IMG/VR virus record: IMGVR_UViG_2767802123_000001
Coordinates: 31,727 to 95,726 of that record
Direction: 5' to 3' (one strand)
Origin: a virus
Lineage: Duplodnaviria > Caudoviricetes
Length of the DNA stretch: 64,000 nt
The notes below the pieces were generated by a model, which saw only the letters and a program-made list of their open reading frames with translations, was not told where the DNA came from and did no database searches. Each line of letters begins with the position of its first letter. Position 1 is the stretch's first letter. A program made the position numbers and the translations under genes. Of this stretch, positions 39,584 to 49,856 are shown one piece after another.

Positions 39584-41229
39584 GCCAGACCCTCCAGCTC
39601 CGCGAGTATCAGCGCGAGGCCATCGACGCCGTGCAGGCCGCGTGGGCCGACGGGATGCAGCGGCCCGCCGTCGTGCTCCCGACCGGCGCCGGCAAGACGG
39701 TCATCTTCTCCCGCATGGCGTCTGAGCACATCGCGGCCGAGGGCACCCGCGTGGTCATACTCGTGCACCGCGACGAGCTGGCCGACCAGACGCTCAACAA
39801 GCTGAAGCAGACCGAGCCGGGCCTGTTCACGGGCAAGGTGAAGGCTTCGGCCGACAACGTCGCGGCCGACGTGATGGTCTGCTCGGTGCAGACCCTCGCC
39901 CGGGAGAAGCGGTTCAACCGCCTGGTGGACTCGCAGGAGAAGTGCGGCAAGGTCGGCCTGGTGATCGTTGACGAATGCCACCACGCGGCGGCCGTCAGCT
40001 ACCGGAACATCCTCGCCGGCCTCGGCTGCTACAGCGGGATGCCCGGAACCCGGGCCGTGGGGTTCACGGCGACGATGGCGCGCGGGGACGGCCAGGGCCT
40101 CGGGAGCGTGTGGGAGGACGCGGTCTACACCCGCTCCCCGCTGTGGATGATGTCCCGGGGCCACCTCGTGGACGTCCAGTCCAAGCTGATCGACGTCGAC
40201 ACCCTCCACCTCGGCGACGTGAAGAAGTCCCGGGGCGACTACACCGCTTCCTCTCTGGGCGACGCGCTGATGGAGGCCGGCGGCCCGCAGATCATCGCCA
40301 AGGTGCTGGAGGAGCATGCAGCCGGCCGACGCAGCCCGATCGTCTTCACCCCGACGGTGGAGGTCGCACGGGCGACGGCCGAGGCCCTGCCGGACGCCGC
40401 GTACGTGCACGGCGGAACGCCCCGCGAGGAGCGGTTGAACATCTACCGCCGGTTCCGCACCGGCGAGGTGCGCACGCTGGTCAACTGCATGGTGCTCACC
40501 GAGGGCGCGGACTTCCCGTTCGCGGACTGCGCGGTGATCGCCCGGCCGACGAAGTCGGAGCCCCTGTTCATTCAGATGGTCGGCCGCGTGCTGCGGCCGA
40601 GCCCGGCCACCGGCAAGCAGGACGCGCTGGTGCTCATCCTCGCCGGTGAGGGCGGGTCGTTGTGCACGCTGGTGGACCTGGAGCCCGGGGCGGAGATCCG
40701 GGAGGTGAAGGACGGCGAGACGCTGGCCGAAGCCTACGAGCGCGAGGAGTCCTACAAGGACGAGGTCGTGCCGGCTGGCTCGCTGCGGTTCGAGCTGAAG
40801 CACCGCGACCTGGACCTGTTCAAGGCGTCGGCCGCCTACTCGTGGCTGCGCACCCACGGCGGTATCCAGTTCATCCCGCTGGGCGACAACGGGGAGATCC
40901 TGCTGTGGCCATCGCGGGAGGAGACGGAGAAGTGGGACGTCGCCTACGCGCCGGCGCGCGGTACGTGGGAGCGGCTGCACGAAGGCCTGGACCTCGGCAT
41001 GGCGATGGCCTGGGCGGAGACCGAGGCCATGGACCGCTCCGCGCTGAACATGACCAAGTCGGCCGCGTGGCGTAAGAAGCCGGCCTCCCCGAAGCTGGTC
41101 GGCCTGCTGCGGTACGCCGGTCACACCGTGCCGGACGGGATCCGGGCGGGCCTCGCCTCGGACCTCTACGCGGTCACCATCGCTTCGCGCAAGCTGGACC
41201 GTTTCCTCCCCCGGACGTCCGGGGTATGA
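39580..41229 (+). CDS. SF2 DEAD/DEAH-box helicase
   Basis: LREYQ, PTGAGKT, DECHH, TAT, QMVGR. Confidence 0.9.
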   Translation: MSQTLQLREYQREAIDAVQAAWADGMQRPAVVLPTGAGKTVIFSRMASEHIAAEGTRVVILVHRDELADQTLNKLKQTEPGLFTGKVKASADNVAADVMVCSVQTLAREKRFNRLVDSQEKCGKVGLVIVDECHHAAAVSYRNILAGLGCYSGMPGTRAVGFTATMARGDGQGLGSVWEDAVYTRSPLWMMSRGHLVDVQSKLIDVDTLHLGDVKKSRGDYTASSLGDALMEAGGPQIIAKVLEEHAAGRRSPIVFTPTVEVARATAEALPDAAYVHGGTPREERLNIYRRFRTGEVRTLVNCMVLTEGADFPFADCAVIARPTKSEPLFIQMVGRVLRPSPATGKQDALVLILAGEGGSLCTLVDLEPGAEIREVKDGETLAEAYEREESYKDEVVPAGSLRFELKHRDLDLFKASAAYSWLRTHGGIQFIPLGDNGEILLWPSREETEKWDVAYAPARGTWERLHEGLDLGMAMAWAETEAMDRSALNMTKSAAWRKKPASPKLVGLLRYAGHTVPDGIRAGLASDLYAVTIASRKLDRFLPRTSGV

Positions 41230-41261
41230 TTTAGCTAAACCACAGGAACGGGGACCAAGAA

Positions 41262-41669
41262 ATGGACGAGGCACGGGTTCGGACGGTCATCCGCGAGGAG
41301 ATCGCCCTGGCCATGAAGGCGCTCAAGGAGGCGGCCGACCGGGCGGACATGCCGTACGAGACCGGGGAGCTGGAGTCCTCCGCCCTGCGGGCCATCGGCA
41401 GCGCCGTCGACCACTTCCAGACCGAGTACAAGACGATGTGCGAATGGACGGACAGTGAGCGCAAGCGACTCACTGACCCCTTCACAGGCGAGGCGCCGGA
41501 CGTCGCGACCTGCGAGCACTTCTACCCGTACGACCTTGCGACCAAGACCCAGGCAGGCATCTGCGAGGGCTGTGACGCCCGGCGCCCCCACCGACACGAG
41601 TACGCGTGGTCCCGGGAAGCTGGCGAAATGCGTTGCGTGCACTGCGAGCAGCCGGACTCCAACGAATGA
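41262..41669 (+). CDS. Hypothetical protein
   Basis: Operator copy at 41227-41242 upstream. Confidence 0.65.
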   Translation: MDEARVRTVIREEIALAMKALKEAADRADMPYETGELESSALRAIGSAVDHFQTEYKTMCEWTDSERKRLTDPFTGEAPDVATCEHFYPYDLATKTQAGICEGCDARRPHRHEYAWSREAGEMRCVHCEQPDSNE

Positions 41670-41743
41670 TCCCGGGGAGGGTTGCGGCGGCCCTCCCCAC
41701 CTGGCCGTTAGGCCATTGACCAAGGAAGCAGGAAGGTACCGCA

Positions 41744-44700
41744 ATGACTCAGACGACCCCTGAGCGGAAGCCGTGCTCCGTGTGCGGCAACGAGTACACC
41801 GTGACGGCGAACAAGACGATCCGTCACCACTTCACCGAGAACCCCGACTTCCAGGCCGGGCCCGACAGCCGCAAGTGCAAGGGCGTCGGACAGCCCCCGG
41901 CCGGCGCGGCGGGCGTCGCTCTCGCCGAGGACATGGAGGCCGGCCGGTCTCAGTGCCGCCTGTGCAAGCATCCGGCGCAGCTCACCGGCAACGGCCGGGT
42001 TCGGTCTCACCTCACCCCCGAGCAGACGCCCCGTCAGTGCCCGGGCGGCAGCGACTTCCCGCTGGGCACCTACCCGGACCTCATCGGCACGACGGACGGT
42101 CTCGTGGCCACCCTCGCGGCCGACTGCGAGCACGTTCCGGTCGGCCAGTGCTACGGCTGCCACGGCGCTGCCGGGAAGCCGGTCAGCGACGCTGAGCTGG
42201 ACGCCATGGCGGAGACCGAGGGCACCGGCGCGGCTCCGTGGGGCGTGGACCCGGCGACGGTGACGCAGCGGACCATGGCCGACCAGTTCAAAACTGTGGA
42301 GACTGACGACTTCGGTCAGCCGGTCCGTACGTGCTTCAACTGCGACGCTGTGGCGTGCCCGGGCTGCGACGGACCGGCGAACGATGAGGCCCGCTCACAG
42401 GCTGAGCGGTTCATGGACGCGGCGCCAGCCACGCACACCGGGCGGCCGTCGATGCACAGCGGCGGCGGCGGACTGTCGGCTGCGGAGCAGGAGCGCTTGG
42501 CGGCCGTCGTTGCCACGGACTACCGCACCGGCGAGCAGAAGGCTGCCGACGCTCGGATGTCCCGGCTGACGGACGAGGCCATCAAGGTGCTAGAGCAGCG
42601 CAGCCCGGAGGAGAAAGCGGAGACGACGGCCCGCATGGACCGCACCGCGTCGGCCGCCCTCGGCGTCCCGCTCGACCCGGCGCTGAACCACAACTACACC
42701 GACCCGTCCGGGGTGGAGTGGATCCACCCGGGGCCGGAGGAAACGTACCAGGCGCCGGACTGCACGGTGCTGAGGGAGGCCGGTAACGACGTCCCGACGA
42801 TGGACCAATACGGTCGGATCAAGGGAGGCGGGGTCTACTGCGAGAAGTGCGACACCGACGACCACCGGTGCCCGGGCTGCGGCACGGACGTCCCGCACGG
42901 CACCGTGGCCTGCGCCGCGTGCACCGCCCGCGTGGACGCCGAGGACGCGGAGCGGCTGGGCACCTGCACCCGTTGCGGGAAACCCCGCGACGGACACGCG
43001 CACGACGTCGGCCCCGACCCCGAGCTGCCCAACTGCCCGCACCCGGAGACGCACCGCGCGGGCTGCGGCTGCCCGGACGACGACAGCGCCCCCGGGCAGT
43101 ACAACCCGGAGGACGACCCCCAGACGCGTCTCGGTGAGCTGGACGAGGGCGACTACTTCCTCCGGAAGGGCACGCTCATGCGCCTGACCGAACGGGAGTC
43201 GAGTAGCTCGGTGCTGGCCGAGGTGATGGACGGCCCGCATAAAGGCCGCACCGGCGAGCTGACGAACCTGAACGAGGTGGTTCAGCGGGCGCCCGCACCG
43301 CAGGACGCGACGTCCGGCCCGGTCCGCGTCGGCGAGCTGGAGGAGGGCGACCACTTCACCCGGCGCGGCACGCTCATGCGCGTGACGAGCGCGGGCTACG
43401 GCCTGGTGGAGGCCGTCGTCGTGGACGGCCCGCACAAGGGACGCACCGGCGAGCTGAAGAACCCGGACGAGCTGGTGGACCGCGAGCCGTGCCGCCACAG
43501 CTACGCCTGGGGTGACGACGGCAAGTTCGGGCACAGCGGGTCATTCTGCGAATACTGCGGCGCTGGGGACCCGGCGACCGAGGTGACCACGGAACAGGAG
43601 ACCAAGGAATGCACGGACGACAGGACGCTGATCGCGTCGCCTCGTTCTTCGGCGGCATCCGCAACGAGTTCAACGGCCACGGCTACGCCGACGAGCCCGG
43701 CCCATGGTTCCCCGCAGGGTACGAAGGCGAGTGCGCCGGCTGTTTCGCCGAAATCGGAATCGGTGACATCATCCGCGCCGACGGCGAAGGCGGCTGGGAA
43801 CGGCAGGAGTGCTGCGGTGACGACTGACCAGAGCGCGGCAGCAGCGGCCTTCCTCGGCAGCGGCCGGCCGGCGGCCCCTGCATCGAACGGGACGCAGAAC
43901 CAGGCCGATGCGGCGGCGCAGTTCCTCGCCGGTGGCTCGGGGTCGCACGGGGAGAAGGAGACCAAGCGCGACCGGTACGGCAGGTACCTGATCCCGCACC
44001 CGGACACCGGCAAGGAGAAGGCCTGGACCCGGGCAACGACGTTCGCCAAGTCCATCAGCGACACGTACGCCCTGTCCCAGTGGGGCCTGCGGATGGCATT
44101 GCTCGGGGCGACGATGCGTCCGGACATCGTGGCGCGGGCGCACGGCAAGCACGTCCGGGCGGACAAGGCCCTGCTGGACGAGCTGACGGCGGAGCTGAAG
44201 AACGCCGCCGGGGACAAGGTCGCGGCCAACCTCGGCACCGCGATGCACTCCTTCACGGAGATGGCGGACCGGGCATGGCACTCCCCCGGCGGCCCGCGCA
44301 GCATCCTGGACCAGGTCCCGGCGGATTGCCGGGGGATGGTGGAGACGTACATCCGCCTGCTGGAGGAGACCGGTCTCGAACCGGTGCCGCACCTCATCGA
44401 GTTCACGACGGTCGTCAAGCAGTACGGCGTCGCCGGGACCTCGGACAACTGCTACAAGGTCACCAAGCCACTCGTGCTGAAGATCGGCCGGGCCGAAGTC
44501 CGGTTCCAGCCGGGCGAGTACGTGATCGGCGACAAGAAGACCGGCCGGGACCTGGACTACGGCTGGCAGGAGATCGCAATCCAGCTCGGCACGTACGCAC
44601 AGGGCATCAACACGGCCGGGGTGTGGGACCGGCACGACGAGGTCTGGGAGCCGGACCCGCTGAGCCGGTTCGACAAGCCGGGGACGAAAGTCCGCACGGA

Positions 44701-45133
44701 TGCCGGGATCGTCATTCACCTGCCGGTGGACAAGGAATCCGAGAAGACGCCGACCGTCTACGGCGTCGACCTGGAGAGCGGCTGGAACGCGGCCGTGCTG
44801 TGCGAACGGGTGAGGGCCTGGCGCAACGTCCGTACCCTCGCCTCCCCGGTCATGGTCTCCGAGGCTGGGGACACGTTCGCCCCGTCCCGGGCGGCTGCGG
44901 TGGTCAAGGCCGCCCCGATGGCCGGCGACCACGACCCGGACACCGGCGTCACCACGCGGACCACGGTCCGGCCGCCGTCCCTCAAGGACAAGGCCCTAGC
45001 GGTCACGTCCAAGGGCGACGCGTCGGCGGTGTGGAAGGAGGCGAAGGCGGCCGGCCTGCCCGACACGAAGGTGGACGAGCTGGTGGCCGTCATGCAGAAC
45101 CGACTCAAGGAACTCGCCGAACCCGGTGGCTGA
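41744..45133 (+). CDS. Large Cys-rich protein with C-terminal PD-(D/E)XK (RecE/Cas4-like) exonuclease
   Basis: Many CxxC; RDRYGRY, GTAMH, AGTSD, IGDKKTG, IQLGTY. Confidence 0.75.
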   Translation: MTQTTPERKPCSVCGNEYTVTANKTIRHHFTENPDFQAGPDSRKCKGVGQPPAGAAGVALAEDMEAGRSQCRLCKHPAQLTGNGRVRSHLTPEQTPRQCPGGSDFPLGTYPDLIGTTDGLVATLAADCEHVPVGQCYGCHGAAGKPVSDAELDAMAETEGTGAAPWGVDPATVTQRTMADQFKTVETDDFGQPVRTCFNCDAVACPGCDGPANDEARSQAERFMDAAPATHTGRPSMHSGGGGLSAAEQERLAAVVATDYRTGEQKAADARMSRLTDEAIKVLEQRSPEEKAETTARMDRTASAALGVPLDPALNHNYTDPSGVEWIHPGPEETYQAPDCTVLREAGNDVPTMDQYGRIKGGGVYCEKCDTDDHRCPGCGTDVPHGTVACAACTARVDAEDAERLGTCTRCGKPRDGHAHDVGPDPELPNCPHPETHRAGCGCPDDDSAPGQYNPEDDPQTRLGELDEGDYFLRKGTLMRLTERESSSSVLAEVMDGPHKGRTGELTNLNEVVQRAPAPQDATSGPVRVGELEEGDHFTRRGTLMRVTSAGYGLVEAVVVDGPHKGRTGELKNPDELVDREPCRHSYAWGDDGKFGHSGSFCEYCGAGDPATEVTTEQETKECTDDRTLIASPRSSAASATSSTATATPTSPAHGSPQGTKASAPAVSPKSESVTSSAPTAKAAGNGRSAAVTTDQSAAAAAFLGSGRPAAPASNGTQNQADAAAQFLAGGSGSHGEKETKRDRYGRYLIPHPDTGKEKAWTRATTFAKSISDTYALSQWGLRMALLGATMRPDIVARAHGKHVRADKALLDELTAELKNAAGDKVAANLGTAMHSFTEMADRAWHSPGGPRSILDQVPADCRGMVETYIRLLEETGLEPVPHLIEFTTVVKQYGVAGTSDNCYKVTKPLVLKIGRAEVRFQPGEYVIGDKKTGRDLDYGWQEIAIQLGTYAQGINTAGVWDRHDEVWEPDPLSRFDKPGTKVRTDAGIVIHLPVDKESEKTPTVYGVDLESGWNAAVLCERVRAWRNVRTLASPVMVSEAGDTFAPSRAAAVVKAAPMAGDHDPDTGVTTRTTVRPPSLKDKALAVTSKGDASAVWKEAKAAGLPDTKVDELVAVMQNRLKELAEPGG
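43609..43827 (+). CDS. Nested 72-aa ORF in an alternative frame
   Basis: GACCAAGGA leader immediately before ATG; FPAGYEGECAGC motif; host frame is S/A/T-rich here. Confidence 0.55.
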   Translation: MHGRQDADRVASFFGGIRNEFNGHGYADEPGPWFPAGYEGECAGCFAEIGIGDIIRADGEGGWERQECCGDD

Positions 45134-45391
45134 GTAGGGTTTAACTAAATCAGCTTCCGGGGTATCATAAAAGCATACGGAGCACAGCAAGTCCGGGCGG
45201 AACAAGCATTCGTGACATAGCGTCATAGATCCTCCCGGAACAACTCCACAGAGACCGCCCCGGGGCTCAACCCCACCGGCTCCGGGGCCTTGAGAGACCC
45301 AACGACGCGCCGTCGTAGCGACACAGCCCCCTGGGCGACACGCAACATCGGCGGGCGGCTCGGGGTCTGGCGGCGGCCGTAAAACGCTGGT

Positions 45392-45503
45392 CGCGCGGTA
45401 GCTCAACTGGAGCAGCCCTCACAGGCTCAGAGCCCCTACAGGACAACGGTTCCCCCGAGCCGTCTGTCCGGGGAGATTCGGGTTCGAGACCCGGCCGCGC
45501 ACC
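45392..45503 (+). ncRNA. tRNA-like RNA with non-canonical D and anticodon arms
   Basis: Acceptor GCGCGG/CCGCGC, TAGCTCAACTGG..AGAGC, T arm TCGGG-TTCGAGA-CCCGG. Confidence 0.65.
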
Positions 45504-45590
45504 GGAGCCACGTTCCACCGGCTCCCCTCCCTCGCCACCGGCGGCGGGAACACCCAAGGAACACACGAACCCAAGGAAAGCAGGGCACAC

Positions 45591-46193
45591 ATGACCACGA
45601 TGACGGACCCGTTCAGCGCGGACGCGGTGAAGGCCGTTCGCTTCCTCTCGGGAGAGAAGAAGGTCGGGGCCAAGTTCCCCAAGGTCGGCCACGTCGTCGC
45701 CGGCACCATCACCGACTGGCGGATGGCGCAGCAGACCGACAACGAGACCCGCGAGCTGCTGTTCTGGCAGGGGAAGAAGCCCACCCCGCAGTCCCAGCTC
45801 ACCATCCCGACGGAGTCGGCCCGGCCCGTGGAGATGATGGTCATCGAGCTTCAGTGCGAGCCCACCGGCGTCACCTGGGAGGGCAAGGACTACGAGGAGG
45901 TCCAGCTTCCCGAGGACGACGGCAAGCGCACGCTGTACGTCAGCAACACGAAGATCAAGGCGCTCGCCGACGCGCTGAAGCAGGCGGGTATGCAGCTCCC
46001 GGAGGTCGGCGGGTACCTGGAGATGGCCCGGGGCAAGAGCGTCAAGGCGCCGGGGGCCAAGTTCCCCAGCCAGTCGTTCACCGCGCGGTACACCCCGGCC
46101 GACAAGAACACCCGTCGGGAGCAGGATCTGCCGGTGCACACCTCCACGTCCGTCAGTGAGGACGGCGAGGCGGCGGACCCGTTCGGCGGCTGA
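45591..46193 (+). CDS. Probable ssDNA-binding protein
   Basis: Follows the exonuclease; acidic tail ending DPFGG. Confidence 0.65.
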   Translation: MTTMTDPFSADAVKAVRFLSGEKKVGAKFPKVGHVVAGTITDWRMAQQTDNETRELLFWQGKKPTPQSQLTIPTESARPVEMMVIELQCEPTGVTWEGKDYEEVQLPEDDGKRTLYVSNTKIKALADALKQAGMQLPEVGGYLEMARGKSVKAPGAKFPSQSFTARYTPADKNTRREQDLPVHTSTSVSEDGEAADPFGG

Positions 46194-46265
46194 ACGGATC
46201 TACGGCACAATGAGGAAACCCCCGGGAAGGGCGCTCCCGGGGGTTTCCCCTTGTCCGGCATCATG

Positions 46266-46847
46266 TCAGGCCGCCACCTTCCGCCGGCGGCGGGGCTGCT
46301 TCGGGAGTGGCGGAGCGAAGACCGGGACGGTGTCGCCGAGGACCGGCCAGGCGACCGCGCGCAGGGCGTCCATGTTGTGCTGCGGCATCCGGACCACCGG
46401 CTCGCCGTACGCGGCGTGACCGGCCGCCCGCAGCCACCACGCGTCGCACTGATCCCCGCCCTTGTCGCCGGGGAACTTCCGTCCGGCGCGAGTGAGCGCG
46501 GCCAGGGCCATGGAGTCTTTGTCCGCCCCGCCGCCGTAGCCCGTGGCGTACAGCTTCAACGTCTTCGTGTTGACCAGGACGTAGGGGACGCCTGAGCGCA
46601 TGACGGCGAGCCGGACGGTGGCGTGCACCATCGGGATGACCTTGGCGGACGCACCCCGGAAAAGCCCGGGGTCGTCCTCGATGACGACGAGGTCGGGGCG
46701 GGCCACACGCAGGGCCGCCGTCATGCGTTCCTCGATGCTCAGCAAGCGCCGGTCGCCCTTACCGCGCGGCTTGATGACGGCGGTGGAGTCGTCCGGGAAG
46801 CACAGTCCCGTGCACTTCATCGACAGGTCCGCTCCCATGATGCGCAT
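46266..46847 (-). CDS. RuvC-like Holliday junction resolvase
   Basis: GADLS..TG, VVIED, LKLYATG, DQCDA. Confidence 0.8.
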   Translation of the reverse strand: MRIMGADLSMKCTGLCFPDDSTAVIKPRGKGDRRLLSIEERMTAALRVARPDLVVIEDDPGLFRGASAKVIPMVHATVRLAVMRSGVPYVLVNTKTLKLYATGYGGGADKDSMALAALTRAGRKFPGDKGGDQCDAWWLRAAGHAAYGEPVVRMPQHNMDALRAVAWPVLGDTVPVFAPPLPKQPRRRRKVAA

Positions 46848-47005
46848 TCCTTGGTCCTCCGAATCTGGGCGCACTCATTTCGTTAAATCAGATGTACCCG
46901 ATACGCTGATCGGCCACGCTCCCGACGCGGCCTGGACTCGGCTACGCGCAGGTTTACCCAGTGGGTACGCTCGGAGCAGGACCACGGACTGAGGAGAGCA
47001 GACCA

Positions 47006-47476
47006 ATGACAAGCTCTACACCCCTGCCCGGACTGGACTCCGTCGGCAAGTCGGGAACCTGGACGATCGCCGACCAGCACGGCCAGACGATCACGATTAC
47101 CGGGGAGCTGCTGGGCCTCGGCTCCAGCTACCGGCCCCGGCACCAGAACCACCCTGACACCGAGTTCGCCCCGCCGCGCACCCACTGCTCCACCTGCCGG
47201 TGGACGGAGATCCGCATCTTCGCCGTGGACTCCGAAGAGGGCAACCCCGGACCGCTGCCGTACCTGGTGGTCAAGCGTGGTGCGTCGGCCATCCCCGGGG
47301 AGAAGGACTTCGTTGAGTGGGAGGGTCTGGTCACCGGGGACGAGGTGCTGGAGAAGCTGACCACCCGCCGGGGCACGGACGCGTTCCTGACCGCGCCGGC
47401 CTCCCGGGCCGCGTCGCAGGCCGCCGCGTTCGACCCCGGGGTGAGGGACGCCTGGCAGAACCGCGCGGTGAAGTAA
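47006..47476 (+). CDS. Hypothetical protein
   Basis: GAGGAG RBS; CSTCRWTE. Confidence 0.65.
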   Translation: MTSSTPLPGLDSVGKSGTWTIADQHGQTITITGELLGLGSSYRPRHQNHPDTEFAPPRTHCSTCRWTEIRIFAVDSEEGNPGPLPYLVVKRGASAIPGEKDFVEWEGLVTGDEVLEKLTTRRGTDAFLTAPASRAASQAAAFDPGVRDAWQNRAVK

Positions 47477-47550
47477 ACCCCGTTCGGCGGCCACGCTGAT
47501 CGCTGGTACCGTCCCCGGCTTTGACCGAGCCGGACGGAGGGACGGACGAC

Positions 47551-47838
47551 ATGGGCAGGCACAGCGCGGAACGAATCCCCACCCGGGACCTGCGGCGCTC
47601 GTACTCCCGGCTGCGCGAAGCGTACGAGCGCCTGCTACGAGACCACCTGGAACTGAAGAGCACCGCCCACGGCCTGCCGGCCCCCGAGTCCGGCGGGCCG
47701 TTGTCGTCCGGGGCCGAGGTCGTGCTGTGGCAGCCTCCCCGCCACCTGGCCACCGGCGCGGAGCCGCTGGGCGTGGATGCCGCCTGCGAGCTGGTCCGGT
47801 CCACCGGTCTGCTGACATCGCCGGGGCTTGAGGCGTGA
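47551..47838 (+). CDS. Hypothetical protein
   Basis: GGAGG upstream; MGRHS start. Confidence 0.55.
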   Translation: MGRHSAERIPTRDLRRSYSRLREAYERLLRDHLELKSTAHGLPAPESGGPLSSGAEVVLWQPPRHLATGAEPLGVDAACELVRSTGLLTSPGLEA

Positions 47839-47898
47839 CAGGCGAGGGTATACCGATTAAGATAAATCATCGACCCCCTGATCACCGAGGAAGGAACC

Positions 47899-48165
47899 AT
47901 GACCGTGACCGCGCCCCAGCGCCCCCCGCGTGGACGCCCGAGGCCCGCAGAGACCATCGAGCGCGACCGGAAGATCCTGACCCTGCTCAAGGATCACCCC
48001 GACGGCCTGGCCCGTAACGCCATCGCCGAGGCGATGGGCTTGAACAAGTCCCGCACGTACCTGTCCCTGGACCGGCTGCGCCGGCAGGGCCTGGCCGAGA
48101 TGGTCAAGTCCGAGGAATCACAGGCCGACAAGGACGCCCTGTGGGTGGCCGTCCAGGAGGACTGA
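47899..48165 (+). CDS. Winged-HTH DNA-binding protein
   Basis: RGRPRP hook; ARNAIAEAMGLNKSRTYLSL; operator-like site near 47854. Confidence 0.75.
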   Translation: MTVTAPQRPPRGRPRPAETIERDRKILTLLKDHPDGLARNAIAEAMGLNKSRTYLSLDRLRRQGLAEMVKSEESQADKDALWVAVQED

Positions 48166-48482
48166 TGCCATCGGACCGCACACCCGCCGCCACGGAGCCC
48201 GCACCCGGCGCAGACGCCGAAAGTGCGGGCTCCGTAGTTGTCGGCGTTGACCCGTCGACGTCGGACGGTGTGGCCATCGTCTCAGTGAATCCCGAACGTG
48301 TGGAGGCGTTGAGGCAGCGTCTCCAAGAGGCAGGTGAGGGGTTCCAGCGGATGCGTGGGAGTCTGGCTGCCGCATCATCAGCCTTCCGGCAGTACGACCC
48401 GCGCTACGCACCGCCGGTCAGGGACGCGATGCGCTGGAGCCCGCCGGCCGACGGAGAGGAGATACCCCCGTGCCCCGCATGA
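48165..48482 (+). CDS. Hypothetical protein
   Basis: TGATG coupling, AGGAGG RBS. Confidence 0.55.
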   Translation: MPSDRTPAATEPAPGADAESAGSVVVGVDPSTSDGVAIVSVNPERVEALRQRLQEAGEGFQRMRGSLAAASSAFRQYDPRYAPPVRDAMRWSPPADGEEIPPCPA

Positions 48483-49120
48483 GTGTTGCCGTGGTCATCC
48501 CGACGATCCCGGGCCGGGAGGATCTGCTGGAGCGCGCCCTGGCCTCCGTACGGGCGCAGCGGCGCCGGCCGGACCAGGTCGTCGTCGAACGCGACTCGCT
48601 GCGCACCGGAGCCGACCAGGCTCGCAACCGCGCGCTGCAACGGGTGACCACGGACGTGATTGCCTGGCTTGACGATGACGACGAAATCAAGCCCAACCAC
48701 CTTATGGCCTGCATGCGTGTAATGGAGCAGTCCTCGGAGAAGCCTGACCTGGTGTACCCGGCACCGGTAGTGCGCGGGGGCGAGGACCCCACAGCCGTGT
48801 CGGTGCAGGGCCAGTGGAGGCTTCCGTGGGGTGTCCGTTTCGGTGCGGAGCAGGAGGCCCATCTGCGACGGTTCGGGTCATTCATCCCGATGACGCACCT
48901 GGTGCGCACCGAGCTGGTCCGCACCATCGGCGGGTTCCGTCCTGGCCAGAACGTAACGACAGATGGCCTAGGTCGCCGCTACCGTGGCGAGGACGAGGAC
49001 TATCTGGTGCGCCTGCTCGACACAGGGGCCACGTTCGAGCACCTGGACGCTCGGACGTGGGTCTGGCACGTGCACCGTGGCAATACCGCCGGGCGGGGTC
49101 TCGCCCCGGCGGATATCTGA
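48479..49120 (+). CDS. GT2-family glycosyltransferase
   Basis: VAVVIPT, ARN, WLDDDD, GEDED. Confidence 0.85.
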   Translation: MSVAVVIPTIPGREDLLERALASVRAQRRRPDQVVVERDSLRTGADQARNRALQRVTTDVIAWLDDDDEIKPNHLMACMRVMEQSSEKPDLVYPAPVVRGGEDPTAVSVQGQWRLPWGVRFGAEQEAHLRRFGSFIPMTHLVRTELVRTIGGFRPGQNVTTDGLGRRYRGEDEDYLVRLLDTGATFEHLDARTWVWHVHRGNTAGRGLAPADI

Positions 49121-49400
49121 ACACGGAAACGGAGGAGTCGTACCGACCACCACAGCCACGACCGGACCACCCCCCACCCTCGCCGATGCCGTACGGCGGC
49201 GCATCGGCGAGATGACCGCCCGGGGCCAGAAGACGTTCACCGTCGCGGATTTTCCCGGCGTCGCCCGACGCGCAGGCCGGCCAGGACCCTGGCTGGAGGA
49301 CCACCTGCTCGTCCTGGAAGGCATCGGCGTGCTACGGGCCGTCAACCGACCCGGGCCGCGCACCTGGGCCGTCCGCCCCGGTGCGGAGTACCTACGGTGA
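49117..49400 (+). CDS. Small wHTH-like protein (start uncertain)
   Basis: FTVADF...GRPGPWLEDHL..L...GVL resembles the TraB C-terminus. Confidence 0.45.
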
Positions 49401-49729
49401 GCCGGCGAGTGATGAGGTTCGGGTACGTCTACGGAGGAACGGCCCGCTTCAAGGGGCAGAAATACATGCTGGACGGGACGGCCTACTCACTGGGCCGGTG
49501 TGACGAGGTGCGGCTTCGCGCGGCAGCCGTACGGGACTTGTCCCAGTCACAGAACGTTCCGCTTGCCGGTATCGAGATCACGGACTTCTGGTTCAGCGAG
49601 ATCGTCACCGAGAACGACATCCGGGACACGTCGGCGGGTACGGCGAGTGCCGACCCTTTCCGTCCCCACGCCGACCCCGGTCCGGACCCGTTCCGCCCCT
49701 GCGATGTCCCTGACGGCTGGGACACGTAA
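49397..49729 (+). CDS. Hypothetical protein
   Basis: GGAG RBS, GTGA overlap. Confidence 0.55.
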   Translation: MSRRVMRFGYVYGGTARFKGQKYMLDGTAYSLGRCDEVRLRAAAVRDLSQSQNVPLAGIEITDFWFSEIVTENDIRDTSAGTASADPFRPHADPGPDPFRPCDVPDGWDT

Positions 49730-49856
49730 ATGCGGGACACGGACAACGAGGGGCCCCGGGACATCGGGGCCCCTTTCGCGTACTTCACGGTTGCACGCCC
49801 GGGGCGACGGGTACGATGATTTAGGGAAATCATCCTGACCAAGGAACGAGGAAGTC

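Noticed and set aside
45392-45503. Canonical tRNA gene
   Set aside because: No 7-nt anticodon loop, insertion in the D loop, no CCA; kept as tRNA-like RNA.
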